A DNA stretch of 63,395 nucleotides, counting the filler, from Pelomyxa schiedti (lineage: Eukaryota; Protista; Evosea), in the NCBI GenBank assembly GCA_020536535.1. It is 16 parts of 16 records of this genome, joined end to end, with 100 filler letters (N's around TTAATTAATTAA, not from the genome) between each part and the next. Parts side by side here need not be neighbours in the genome. Positions count along the whole stretch, not along the records: positions 46,927 to 48,016 come from JAHLWZ010002852.1; positions 48,117 to 49,519 come from JAHLWZ010002535.1; positions 49,620 to 53,084 come from JAHLWZ010000131.1; positions 53,185 to 55,264 come from JAHLWZ010000655.1; positions 55,365 to 56,513 come from JAHLWZ010002770.1; positions 56,614 to 60,474 come from JAHLWZ010001668.1; 10 more parts are not named here. One strand, written 5' to 3'. Below the pieces are notes generated by a model. It was given only the letters and a program-made list of their open reading frames with translations. It was not told the DNA's origin and made no database searches. How positions within the stretch are numbered: the stretch's first letter is position 1; the number at the start of each line of letters is the position of its first letter. Position numbers and translations under genes: made by a program. Below, piece after piece: positions 46,827 through 58,732 of the stretch.

Positions 46827-48116
46827 NNNNNNNNNNNNNNNNNNNNNNNNNNNNNNNNNNNNNNNNNNNNTTAATTAATTAANNNNNNNNNNNNNNNNNN
46901 NNNNNNNNNNNNNNNNNNNNNNNNNNCACTTGGGATTTGGTGGGAAAAAGCGCTTGTTTGCTCAGCCAGGGATTCTGGGTCAAATCTAACGAATAGCTCG
47001 AATTCCTGGGGTAGCCCAAATTTCTAACCGAGGTACCTTTGCCACAAAAACTGACAAAAAAGAAAACTTGCCAACTTCGTCTGTCCACTTGGTCACTCCT
47101 TTTTTGATGTGCTCCAAAGCAAAGCTGCGCGAATAACGAATAGCCAAAAATCCTATGACAAAACATGCCTTTCGCCAATCCTGTGAATCTAATAGGACTG
47201 AGGAGTGTTTTTGGCGAGTGTACCACTTTTGTTGCCGAAAACGTGCGTCGGTAAAAAAGTTCGTACTTTTTAAAATATCTCTGAGGTCGAACGTTATGAT
47301 ATTGGGACACTAAGGGGATCCCTTGACTGCACTTGCAGACAAGAAGGCCAAGGAACCTCACCGTAAGGTTGTCCCAAGTTGGTGCCAAATCACAGGATCT
47401 ACAAGGAATCGTGATTATCCTGAACATCACGCTCTCCTCACAAGATGCGCAATGCCTTGCCACAAAAAAAAACCGCATAAACATAACAACAGCGATCATC
47501 ATATTTTTACTGGTCTGTAACGACAGCCAGTGTGTTGTTGTTGTTGCGGTAAATGAAAGTGCCCGGGTGGGGGGGAAGCGGATCATTGTGGGAGGTGATG
47601 ATTACTGAGGAGTTGGACTGGGATGCGTGCGTGCGTGCATATCAGATGCGAGAGTCACCGGGGCAAGCAAACCCGGTTGATGTTTGTTGGCTGGGAGTAT
47701 AATCTCCGGATCTCAGGAAAATAGAGGTAACGGCAAATCTCTCTGTGGTTGTATGTGAGTTTTAACAGACGGCAATCAAGTGCATTGTGGTTTTTGTACT
47801 GATTTACAATGTAACAATATTTAGAAACAAAAAAGCTTGTTGTAACCTTTGGGAAATTTATATTTGCGTATCTACGTCAATCACGTTAAGTTTATTGGAA
47901 ATGCTGCTTATGGAAATAAACAAAATCATCAACTTAGAGAGGTGGTGTTTGTGAGAGAAAGCTGAGACAATACAGGTCCAGAAGTTGTTATTGTGGGACT
48001 TACGTTGATTGGCAGANNNNNNNNNNNNNNNNNNNNNNNNNNNNNNNNNNNNNNNNNNNNTTAATTAATTAANNNNNNNNNNNNNNNNNNNNNNNNNNNN
48101 NNNNNNNNNNNNNNNN

Positions 48117-49016
48117 ACAGATTAGAGGAGAAGGACTTGGTGGGCTTTTTACATTTTTTAACATCCTCACGGCTAATAAGTTGGAGTCCACGGAGTGAAG
48201 GTGACTGTGCCTATTAAATTATCAAAGGAAGATCACACAAATTGGAGTCGGCTAACCTTTTGAATGTCACCCTTCTTCAGACCAATTCTTGGGGCTATGA
48301 AGGAATTAAGATTCACAAACATAAAAAATGGTGTACAAAGACATATATTAAAGATAAAGTTTCTAGGGCTCGACGTGGAATCGAGCAAAAAGACACATAC
48401 GTAGACTTTTGATTTTCTTGTTCCTCACGTTATTAAGCAAGTCTCCTAGCAAGGAATCCACGGACTTTGGGCCCCCCTGTGGGCGCCGTTCAGTGTTGGG
48501 AGCAACCGGGATTCTGGCGGCGTGGGGGGCATGGTGGTGTGTCCTGGGCGCCGACATCGACGACGACTGCAGCAGCCCCTCTCCCCCCCCGGTCTTGGAG
48601 TGGCTTGCACTCACACACAAAGGAGTCGAAGGTGGGAAGGGCAGGGTCTGTGGCCTCAGCGTAATCGCCGGCGGTTGTTGCGTGAGCGACCCACACCGTC
48701 CCGGCTGTTGTTGCTGTTGCTGCTGCCTTTGTTGTTGGTTGCTATTCATTACATTGTTGTTGTTGTTGTTGTTGCTGTTGTTGGTGATGCTACTTGGCGC
48801 GATAAATGATCGCGCGTCTTCGTCGTTGTCGACTGCGATCGACAGCGGATCGATTGAGGTGCCTGTTGTTGTCGTTGTTGTGGGGCGTCGCCTGGCGGAC
48901 GGGGAGGCGCTGCCGCCCACAGCACCGCGCATCGGGGTCGTCTGTTGTCGCTGCTGCCGCATCGTAGTAGTGGTAGCTGCTGCTGGTTCAAGGGGCGACA
49001 CCGAACGCATCATCAT
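48117..49016 (-). CDS. Hypothetical multi-exon protein with T/N/Q-rich N-terminus (partial)
   Basis: Long GC-rich ORF ending at a GTATGT donor near 48400; no recognised domain. Confidence 0.5.
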
Positions 49017-50537
49017 CGCCGTATTGTTTGCTTCGAACGAATGGTGTTTTCGAATGAAAAAAAAAAAAAGAGAGTTAGACGAAGCCCGGCCAGTCCCTGG
49101 CACTCAGAAGTCGGGACCAGTGGAGAGACGGGCTGTGCATAGCGACTGTGCTCAGTGGCTTGTGTGGTTGTGTCAATCTGTTCTCCCAGCTTGATGATCT
49201 GGAAATAGTCCGCTTTTGGTAAACAAAGATCGTTTGACATTTCGCTACAAGTTTGCTTGGGGTTGTTGTCAGGCGTGTTGGTTGGTTGATCGTGGGGAGC
49301 AACAATCAAGCTATATCTATTCATTGGCGCCTGTACCACCGGTGGTCGTAATCACCAACAACTACACAACACACACACACAAGGGCGCGCTCTGTTGTGA
49401 GAGAGAAAGTCAGTATGTTTATCACGGACCAGGTGTCCAAGTTGGTGCCAGTGAGCGTTGGGCTGGTGATGTACAGCTTGCTTCTGGGGTGTGTGGTTGG
49501 TCACATTGTGCACCGCGTGNNNNNNNNNNNNNNNNNNNNNNNNNNNNNNNNNNNNNNNNNNNNTTAATTAATTAANNNNNNNNNNNNNNNNNNNNNNNNN
49601 NNNNNNNNNNNNNNNNNNNCACAGTCCAATCAGCTGCCCCTCAGTACCATCCACTCCCATAAGCTGCAATTGCTTGCCCCTACGCTCAGTGACAGCACCC
49701 CGCATCGTTGCAACGCTTGTTTGTTTTTTTTTGTTTCGCTTTCTGAACGAAACTGTCTTGGAAAATAAACCAAGAAGCGCGAATTTTCCCCTCTCTGCGA
49801 CTAGAGTTGAGTTTGTGCCCCCACATTGAAGCAATTGGCTCAGGGATGGCTCCGTCCCTTCCAGGATGTTGAAGTGTGCAAACCAGACTCTTCTCATCAT
49901 TTCTTGTTCAGGGAACACAATCAATCAAATAAGAACATGAGCGGGGGTGACGCCGCGCGGAGCGAGGATTATGGGTGGCTGGCCGACGTGGATTGTCTGG
50001 AACTCGATGACGATGTTGTTGTAAACAAGGTCAATATAAAAACATTAACAACAATCCCCCCTTTTTTTTCCCTGTTTATTCCTTTGAGAATTTACCAAGC
50101 ATTGAATAGCAGGACACCAGGCCACCACCAAGTGCATTGCAGAGTTGTACTTCCACTAGCACCAGCAGTGTTACTAAGGCCTTTGATGCATCCGCGAGCA
50201 AAATTAATAGCAATAATGCTGTCAACACAAATAATAGCAGGCCAACAACAACTACAACACTTTTACCTCCACGCAATCCTGTGACAACTTCAACAAGCAC
50301 AACTAGTAATACCAGTAAAAGTACGGCCAATTCTAACACCCCCTCTTCCCTTTGTCAATCCACTCCAAAAATCGTGAGCACCAAGACACCCCTGCTACCT
50401 CCGCGTACTCCACTTTTGTCCAGGCCATTATCGACGCNNNNNNNNNNNNNNNNNNNNNNNNNNNNNNNNNNNNNNNNNNNNNNNNNNNNNNNNNNNNNNN
50501 NNNNNNNNNNNNNNNNNNNNNNNNNNNNNNNNNNNNN

Positions 50538-50753
50538 TGCTGATGTCACTGTTGACGAATAAGAAGAAGGGGAAGGACAACAAGAAGAGGGATTATGGGA
50601 CGATAGCAACCAAGACATCGAGAGCAGGGTCTCGGCCACGATGGTTCCCACGACCCTGACATCAACGCACAGTCCAATCAGCTGCCCCTCAGTACCATCC
50701 ACTCCCATAAGCTGCAATTGCTTGCCCCTACGCTCAGTGACAGCACCCCGCAT
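50538..50753 (-). CDS. Hypothetical protein N-terminus divergent from HROB (partial)
   Basis: ORF present in both gap-flanking copies; runs into a gap. Confidence 0.35.
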
Positions 50754-50986
50754 CGTTGCAACGCTTGTTTGTTTTTTTTTGTTTCGCTGTCTGAACGAAA
50801 CTGTCTTGGAAGATTAAACCAAGAAGCGCGAATTTTCCCCTCTCTGTCGACTAGAGTTGAGTTTGTACCCCCACATTGAAGCAATTGGTTCAGGGATGGC
50901 TCCATCCCTTCCAGTATGTTGAAGTGTGAAAACCAGACTCTTCTCATCATTTCTTGTTCAGGGAACACAATCAATCAAATAAGAAC

Positions 50987-53084
50987 ATGAGCGGGGGTGA
51001 CGCCGCGCGGAGCGAGGCCTCCAGCGAGGATTATGGGTGGCTGGCCGACGTGGATTGTCTGGAACTCGATGACGATGTGGTTGTAAACAAGGTCAATATA
51101 CAAACATCTAACAACAATCCCCCTTTTTTTTTTCCCTGTTTATTCCTTTGATAATTTACCAAGCATTGAATACCAGGACACCAGGCCACCACCAAGTGCA
51201 TTGCAGAGTTGTACTTCCACTAGCACCAGCAGTGTTACTAAGGCCGTTGATACATCCGCGAGCAAAATTAATAGCAATAATGCTGTCAACACAAATAATA
51301 GCAGGCCCACAACAACTACAACACTTTTACCTCCACGCAATCCTGTGACAACAAGCACAACTAGTAATACCAGCAAAAGTACGGCCAATTCTAACACCCC
51401 CTCTTCCCTTTGTCAATCCACTCCAAAAATCGTGAGCACCAAGACACCCCTGCTACCTCCGCGTACTCCACTTTTGTCCAGGCCATTATCGACGCCACCG
51501 GGCATTGTACCTGCTAGTACTAACTCTAACACTGGGCAAAATGTTGTGTCCGCAGCAAAGGTCCCACTTTTACCTCCACCCTCTCAACGCAACATCACGA
51601 GCACAAATGTTTGTGCAACCCCACTAGCCCGTCAATCGCGGTCCAATGAGCTTCCCACTGATCCTATTACACCTCAAGTTCGCCAGGAACCGCCGCTACT
51701 TCCCAAATCAAATCCTCAACAAAAACCTATGACTCCGCTACTTCAACAGAAATCACTCTCCCGGCAAAGTCACTCCCAACCACCTTCCTCCAACAATGAC
51801 ACCATGCCTTCACCTTCACTTCCCGAAAGGAGGAACTCTCCTCCTCCTCAGGCTCACTCCAGTCAACCACTTTTGCAACAGGTTCCGCGATCGCCTCTAT
51901 ACACTGGTAAATTAAATCCAACAGCTTCTTCACAAGACTCCAGATCCATCAACCAAAATGTAACCACTACTTCGAAATCCACCAACTCTACTGTTTCAAC
52001 AATCCCGTGCCCACCGTCAAGTAAACGGCCAAGAATAGCAACTCCACCCTCCTCTGACAACAGCAACGATCAAGACGAATCAAATGATGCTTCCCAATCC
52101 CAACAACCCCCGACTATTCCTGGGCCAGCAGGCCACCTTGGCACTAATACTTCCCGATTATCTCAGTTAGACCCGCATATTCAACCTTCAGCAGCAAATT
52201 CCATTCTTTATCAATCAAAGCTAAAGGTTCGTAGAGAACTTGTCCCTTTACTATCACTTCTCACTTTCTCTAGGCCTCACCATCCCCTGCAAGTGCCGTG
52301 GAGAGAATAAGCTTTCATCACGGAGCTTGGGTGCAATTTCTTAAAGAGTTTGAGCTTCCACCTTTTGGTAACCTCGTTGCAACTGGCTGGTACACTAACA
52401 TTCGTTTTTACCCTAAGGAAGACATCAGCTACACTACAACATAAGGTATNNNNNNNNNNNNNNNNNNNNNNNNNNNNNNNNNNNNNNNNNNNNNNNNNNN
52501 NNNNNNNNNNNNNNNNNNNNNNNNNNNNNNNNNNNNNNNNNNNNNNNNNGGGTGCAATTTCTTAAAGAGTTTGAGCTTCCACCTTTTGGTAACCTCGTTG
52601 CAACTGGCTGGTACACTAACATTCGTTTTTACCCTAAGGAAGACATCAGCTACACTACAACATAAGGTATGTTCTCACTCAAGGTTACAAGAAAAAAGTG
52701 CCGTCCTTATGTGTAGTTCTATGTTCAATTGTGCAAGAGGAAAGGAATTTAAAGGTTTATGAGCCCAATTCATAAAAGCCGGCCTCACCTTTTCCTAGGT
52801 CTGGGTAAAAGACCCCTCTGGACAAATGGAAGGTACCATTCTAGGCAAGCTCCTTGACAATTCGCACATCCGGATAGGCTGTGTACTGATTCTCAACAAG
52901 GTTCCCGCCCTTAATACAATCCTTGCTCATTTATTGTAGGTTTCTGTATTCAATCCCTCTCCCAGTACACACTACCTGAGCATTGTTGGTGACAACATTG
53001 AGCGTGTGATTGCCGATGACACTTCAGTATCCCCAGATGATGAAAGGGTATCTCACAGTAATACATAAACAGAACCTCACCCCC
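50987..53084 (+). CDS. HROB: HROB/MCM8IP (DUF4539 OB-fold) homolog, 3' partial
   Basis: Disordered N-terminus, IPGPAG motif, KDPSGQMEGTI...IRIGCVLILNK|VSVFNPSPSTHYLSIVGDNIERVI. Confidence 0.85.
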
Positions 53085-53184
53085 NNNNNNNNNNNNNNNN
53101 NNNNNNNNNNNNNNNNNNNNNNNNNNNNTTAATTAATTAANNNNNNNNNNNNNNNNNNNNNNNNNNNNNNNNNNNNNNNNNNNN

Positions 53185-53780
53185 ACAACAGCATCATCAA
53201 GGCAATGTCCCATATCCTTAATCCCCTCATAGCACAACTCTGCCACCCAAACCAAACAGAGAGCTGGTTTTCAAGTTATGCTCCAAACAAGAGAGAGAGA
53301 GAGAGCATGGTGCCTTCTCTGCAAGGTGGAAGGTGCCATACAGAATCATAGCTCTCCCATTCCCTGGCACAGCAAGGCTGGAGACACTGTAGGGAGAGAC
53401 TATTAGTAAGCTGTCAAACCTGGGCCATCTGCCACCCACACTGAGAGGACCAGTCAGGTGACAGAGACCCCTAGATCAGCAGGCACAGTCAGCAGCACAA
53501 GGCCCCACCTGGAACCAAGTTCAAAAGGGAGAGGTGGGGGCAACAAGCCTGAGTCAGGAAACAGCCACAGACCACCTGGCAGAAAGAAGGGAAATACCTC
53601 CCAACGAGTATGAGGTGGAGAAAATTGCACAAGGAATGGAGAAACTCCTAAGTACAAATGCCTCCCATCAAGAAGCTCACCAGACATCCACTGACTGCAC
53701 CTCAGCTGTTTCACACATACATGCACCTGGAAAAGCATGACCTGAACCTTCCACAATGAATTACATCTTCCATGCACAGG
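53185..53780 (+). mobile_element. Decayed gypsy integrase C-terminus (GPY/F-like motif and chromodomain)
   Basis: ARWKVPYRIIALPFPGTARLETL* and EYEVEKI, with stops and frameshifts. Confidence 0.6.
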
Positions 53781-54095
53781 CACATAAGTGTGAGTGACAC
53801 ACAACATTCATCCTTCAAGTCTGGCATCCACACANNNNNNNNNNNNNNNNNNNNNNNNNNNNNNNNNNNNNNNNNNNNNNNNNNNNNNNNNNNNNNNNNN
53901 NNNNNNNNNNNNNNNNNNNNNNNNNNNNNNNNNNCACATACATGCACCTGGAAAAGCATGACCTGAACCTTCCACAATGAATTACATCTTCCATGCACAG
54001 GCACATAAGTGTGAGTGACACACAACATTCATCCTTCAAGTCTGGCATCCACACATGACCAAAAATTTCCTTAATCACTCCTTCCACTGGAACAC

Positions 54096-55264
54096 TTGAC
54101 AGCCCTCAAGAAACAAGGAGGCTGGCAACACTCCCAATATATTGCAGTGGCTGTCTCAGGATATCAGAACCCCAACCAGCATACTCCTCTCATCAAAGAC
54201 AACACAACCCCAGTCAACTTCCGGAAAAACCAGACTCCAATATCCGTAACCTTCTACAATCTGCTGCTAGCACATTCGCGAAACTACAACCATCTCTTCA
54301 AAACGTGGCAATTCCCAAACAAACCTTTGCTGATCTACAACGTGCATTAGAACTAACTAATCAACAACAATACATACAACAACAACTACAATTACAACAA
54401 CAACAACCACAGCTGCCCACAGACCACAACAATAGCCCCCCTCAACAGACATCTACAACAACCTCTACCACCAATACAGGGCTCCCATTTCCTGAAGGCC
54501 CTACAAGACTAGGACCCCCATCAAGATTCCCCAAGCCCAACATCCAAACCCCAGCACCTGAAGTCACCCAGCCATCACCACTTGAACCCCACCTAGCCAA
54601 GATCTACCAAGCAGGGGGAGATCTGTATTCAGACTGCCCCCAACTCTCAACAAGGCATTCCCTTGAAACACCCAAGTAAACCCTCTGCAATATCATGGAC
54701 ACACTGCTGGAAGCAGAACTCCACCTTCGTGTCTATTTCTGCCACTATGTGACCAAAAAGAAGTTCTTCTAACTTGCCATTGAACCGATGGGATCAAAAT
54801 TAGACAACACCCCTCAACCAGCCCAACAATCAACGACCACTCCTCCAGCCCCCACTGAATTACAACCCGAAAGCCCTTTGACTTTACACCCCCAGCCCCC
54901 AACATTCCTCCTCCACCTCCTTTGGCTCCCTTAACTTCCACCCAGTAACTCCTAACCCAACGCCAGGACCAGTCAATTTACAGGGATCAGGCCTCCCACG
55001 GCCCCCGATAAAACCACCTAATAAGCAATGACCAGCTTAAGAGTATTATCGTGGAACGTGTGGGGGCTAGCCACAGCACCAACACCCAAACTCAAACAAA
55101 TCAAAGACACAATCAACACAATCAACGCACATATCCTTGTAATTACAGAAACACACTCCACAGAACAAGCACACTACAACACCTGCAACCTGAACCCAAA
55201 ATACTGGTGGTTCATGGACGCCAAAACTCAGATGGTGTGGCAATAGGGATTCTCAAATCCCTCA
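54096..55264 (+). mobile_element. LINE fragment: decayed ORF1 region and start of ORF2 APE endonuclease (55028)
   Basis: MTSLRVLSWNVWGL...ILVITETH...DGVAI; A/C-rich sense strand; frameshift near 55205. Confidence 0.8.
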
Positions 55265-55364
55265 NNNNNNNNNNNNNNNNNNNNNNNNNNNNNNNNNNNN
55301 NNNNNNNNTTAATTAATTAANNNNNNNNNNNNNNNNNNNNNNNNNNNNNNNNNNNNNNNNNNNN

Positions 55365-56020
55365 CACTTGCCGTTCACATCCCACAAACCGTCGCCCCAA
55401 TTGTCACCAGAGACACACACGGTCCTGTCATCGCCAGTGACACTGTCATGCACGTAGTACCTCTCCATTATCCCACCATCGCCATAAACTTGATCTGGGT
55501 CCAAAGGGCGGCGCCTCAGGCAGTGGTTCCAGGTAACCCAGCGCTCATAACACCTCTTCCGCAATCCGGAATGGTGGGAGCAGCATGAAGAGTGTTCAAT
55601 CCTGATATCCATGACACTCAGCAACAGAGGTGACACTGCAATCAGCACTGTGAACTCTTCTTCTTCATCGTCGTCACCATCATCCGGGCGCTTGAGTGGT
55701 TTGACACAGCCGACAGTGTCTTTTGACTGGAATGCAACAGCGAGTCTGGTCACACACTCACAGATGAACTCCCACACAACCCTAATGGCCATCACATTTG
55801 ACTTTGAATTTTCCGACAGTCTGCACTTTGGTGGTGACGGCATTGTAGAGCCTGAAAAAAGATGAGATTTTAGGGGCGACCAACAACTTGTTGCTTCACC
55901 GCGGTCAGCACCACAGCGATTATGGGAGGACATCAACAGTGCCAGGAACTGCTCACGTGCGTCGCAGTACGTGAGACTCAATCCAGGCACGCCACCACCA
56001 CTAGTTGCTTGTGCGTCCAT
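55365..56020 (-). CDS. Family A protein, 3' partial
   Basis: DAREQFLALLMSSHNRCG, IRVVWEF, AVSPLLLSV, VNGK. Confidence 0.8.
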
Positions 56021-56124
56021 CGCGATCGCTGGGGAAATCAACTTCGGGGAATTTGAACGATCACCAGCTCGTGATGAGCAAGCGCCTCATTGATTGATTT
56101 TTTTCTTCTTTCACTCATTTCCAA

Positions 56125-56513
56125 TCACGAGAGAGACACAACACTGGAGATTGCCAGTGATCTTGTTCTGATCCCACCACGGGAGTTCATGCGCATTCTC
56201 ACAACAACAAAGTTGGAGTGATGAACGTGAGTGACAGTCACCTCGTTGTCTGTTGATGATGATGGTGACTCTGACTCTGTGAAGATGAACCCTGATGATG
56301 CAAACACACGGTCGTGGATTGATCTGTGTGGAACAACGTAAAGCGGGCCCTGTTTTGTGTTGTTGCAGTCCCATATCTCGTGCTTGCTCTCATTCGCAAA
56401 CGTGACACAGAACAGCGACGAGTTCACGAGTGACAGATGATTCTCATTTGGCATGTTGAGCACCAGTTTGGCATTTTTCAACCTCGCACCCTCCTCGTGC
56501 ATTTTGACATAAT
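56125..56513 (-). CDS. Family A C-terminal part (tandem upstream paralog)
   Basis: LSLVNSSLFCV...EIWDCNN...PL...VFASSGFIF. Confidence 0.8.
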
Positions 56514-56613
56514 NNNNNNNNNNNNNNNNNNNNNNNNNNNNNNNNNNNNNNNNNNNNTTAATTAATTAANNNNNNNNNNNNNNNNNNNNNNNNNNNNNNN
56601 NNNNNNNNNNNNN

Positions 56614-56723
56614 ACCGGCCCCTGCAACATAAGAGTCCTCAGTCTCCCCAATCCCACTAAAGTGCATCAGACTTCAAAGCCTCGCTAGCAAGGCCGAGTT
56701 CGTGTACTTTGTGGAAGTACACA
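56614..56723 (-). mobile_element. End of hairpin-terminated LTR-like repeat (partial)
   Basis: Similar to 28-121, with an identical hairpin at 56702-56722. Confidence 0.6.
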
Positions 56724-56987
56724 AAACCGCGAATAAGAGAGAGGTTTTTTTTATAAAGAGCAGACGACAACCTGCTGTAGGCGTGAGTTTGCTCTGTGTG
56801 TCTTCATATGTGATCTGTACACTTTCCACTACCTGCCCCTGTCTGTGTGTTGTTTGTTTTGGTCACAACTCTGGGCCACCTCATCATCAGGATGTGTTTT
56901 TTTTTCTTGTTCGGGCAACTGATTGTTTTCCCGTTAATTCAGGGGTCTTGGCAGTGCATGTGAGAACATTCAGAGGACTGCCACAGC

Positions 56988-57277
56988 TGTGGTAACGTCC
57001 TCTGCAGGGTCCTGGAAGTGTGGGGAGCTGTGCGCCTGTAGAGGCACAGATTCGTTCTTCTGTTCTTTTCTAAGGGAGAACCCCAAAAAGGTTTCAACAA
57101 CCAAAAAGAGAAACTGGCTTTCAAACCCAACACCCTCTGAACTTGAATCGTCAGGCCAATATCCCTTTGAACACGTGCAACCCAAGCATGTGAACAAGCA
57201 AGAGAACCTTTACACCCATACTCTCTTTCGTTCTTTTTCCTCTGTGGGGCTTTATTCTCTTCCCACAGAAGCTAACA
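56988..57277 (+). mobile_element. Solo-LTR-like element
   Basis: Shares 5' and 3' motifs with 21924-22338; ends CAGAAGCTAACA. Confidence 0.5.
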
Positions 57278-57499
57278 AACCCTGGGGCAATGGTGCCACA
57301 ATGGGGGGTGGAAACATGGTGATCAACAAACAAGTACAATGGCATAAAACTGCTGTTGAAGAATGGTGTTGTGACATTGTGAACTAATAATGGCAGCAGT
57401 TGGTTGAGCATGGTGACAGCCACACCTTGATGTTGCTTTGTGTTGTTGTTTGCTGTGCTGAAAGCAAGAAAAAAAAACCCTTCTTCTTGGAAGTTGAAG

Positions 57500-58680
57500 A
57501 TGGATGACAACGACTGTGATGGTGTAGTGGTGATCGGCACCGAATTCGAAACTGATGCGCGTGCCCAATTCATAGCGCTCGGCGTTGGTGTCATTGTGGG
57601 ACGTTGTGGTGGATCCGGCCCTGTTTCGGCCCTCACGCCGTCGTCGCTGTCAATCCTCGGTCGTGATTGGATCGTGTTCCCCGCCAGGATCCTCGTTGCC
57701 CATCTTTCACGAGACCAGGCAGACAAGTACGTCAAGATCAGCGTGTCGCCGACGCTTGGGCTCGTGGGCCATCCCACAATTGTCTCGTTTGGTCGCCACC
57801 AAGTCAGCAGTTTCTTCCACTGGGTCGGGCCTCCCTCTTGCGGCGATCGGTTTGCCTTTGTGATTGCGCAGGCAACAGATGGCCATCCTGGCAGGAGGAA
57901 CTTGTGTGTGATTGACACAAGGAGAGGCGGGAGGGACCATGCTTCTTCTATTGGGGATGAGGATGTGAAGCCGATACTAAGGCTGAACCTTTGCAGACTA
58001 TGGTGCAGCAACAGGCGTTGGTTTGCAGGTCTAGGTAAACTAAGCGGCACACTGTCTCTGTGGAATTTCATGGTGTTGAGCATGGGAGGGAAAATAAAAT
58101 GGAGGGTGTCATCGTGCCAGGGAGGGTGGTAAGGCTGGCATTTGGTTGCAAGAGTAACAGCACAGTGCTGGCGCAGTTGGAAGCTGGTATTCTGGTGATT
58201 GACCTGGAGGCAACTTTTGCTCAGCACAGTCTGGTTTCTACCCCCCTGTCATTGCCTGCACTCGATGTTGTTGAAAGTGTACTCATTGACAACGTTGTAT
58301 TCTGGGAGGGAATGGACCATGCACTGCTCTCTGACAAGCAGCTTCTTTGCCTGAGCACTGGGCAGAGGAGGCCAATCCGCCCTGGGACCACAGGTGCAAT
58401 TGGTGGGCCCTATGCAGCTGTCTATGTATACCGAGAGCGAGACTACACCGAAATAGAGGTGTACAATGTGTTTGAGCCAACCAAGGTGTGCTGCACACAC
58501 AGGGCACAGAGGGGAAGGCAGAGAATGAGGATTGGACAGGAAACTGTTCTGCTGGGTGATGATTTCACCATCAGAGTCATTGATGCCGTGTCTGGATTGC
58601 TTCTGTGCAAGATGTTTCCCAACGGCTTCAGTGTTACTGGAGTTTCTCAACATAACAATAACTGGGTCAGCCTGCTGTAA
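57500..58680 (+). pseudogene. Family A gene with one frameshift near 58060-58130 (pseudogene or assembly error)
   Basis: DARAQFIALGVGVIVGRCG...LGRDWI...VSPTLG; second frame IDLEATF...VIDAVSG. Confidence 0.7.
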
Positions 58681-58732
58681 CACCACATTTATGGGTCAGT
58701 GTACTTAGATAAAAAAAATAAACTATCTAGTT

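Noticed and set aside
46927-48016. 235-aa minus-strand ORF or transposase relic
   Set aside because: No recognisable motif; the resemblance to hAT WW...YP is too weak
43708-54054. Tandem duplications flanking 100-N gaps (43708/43929, 45226/46125, 49620/50669, 52330/52550, 53713/53935)
   Set aside because: Typical unmerged overlaps or haplotypes at scaffold gaps
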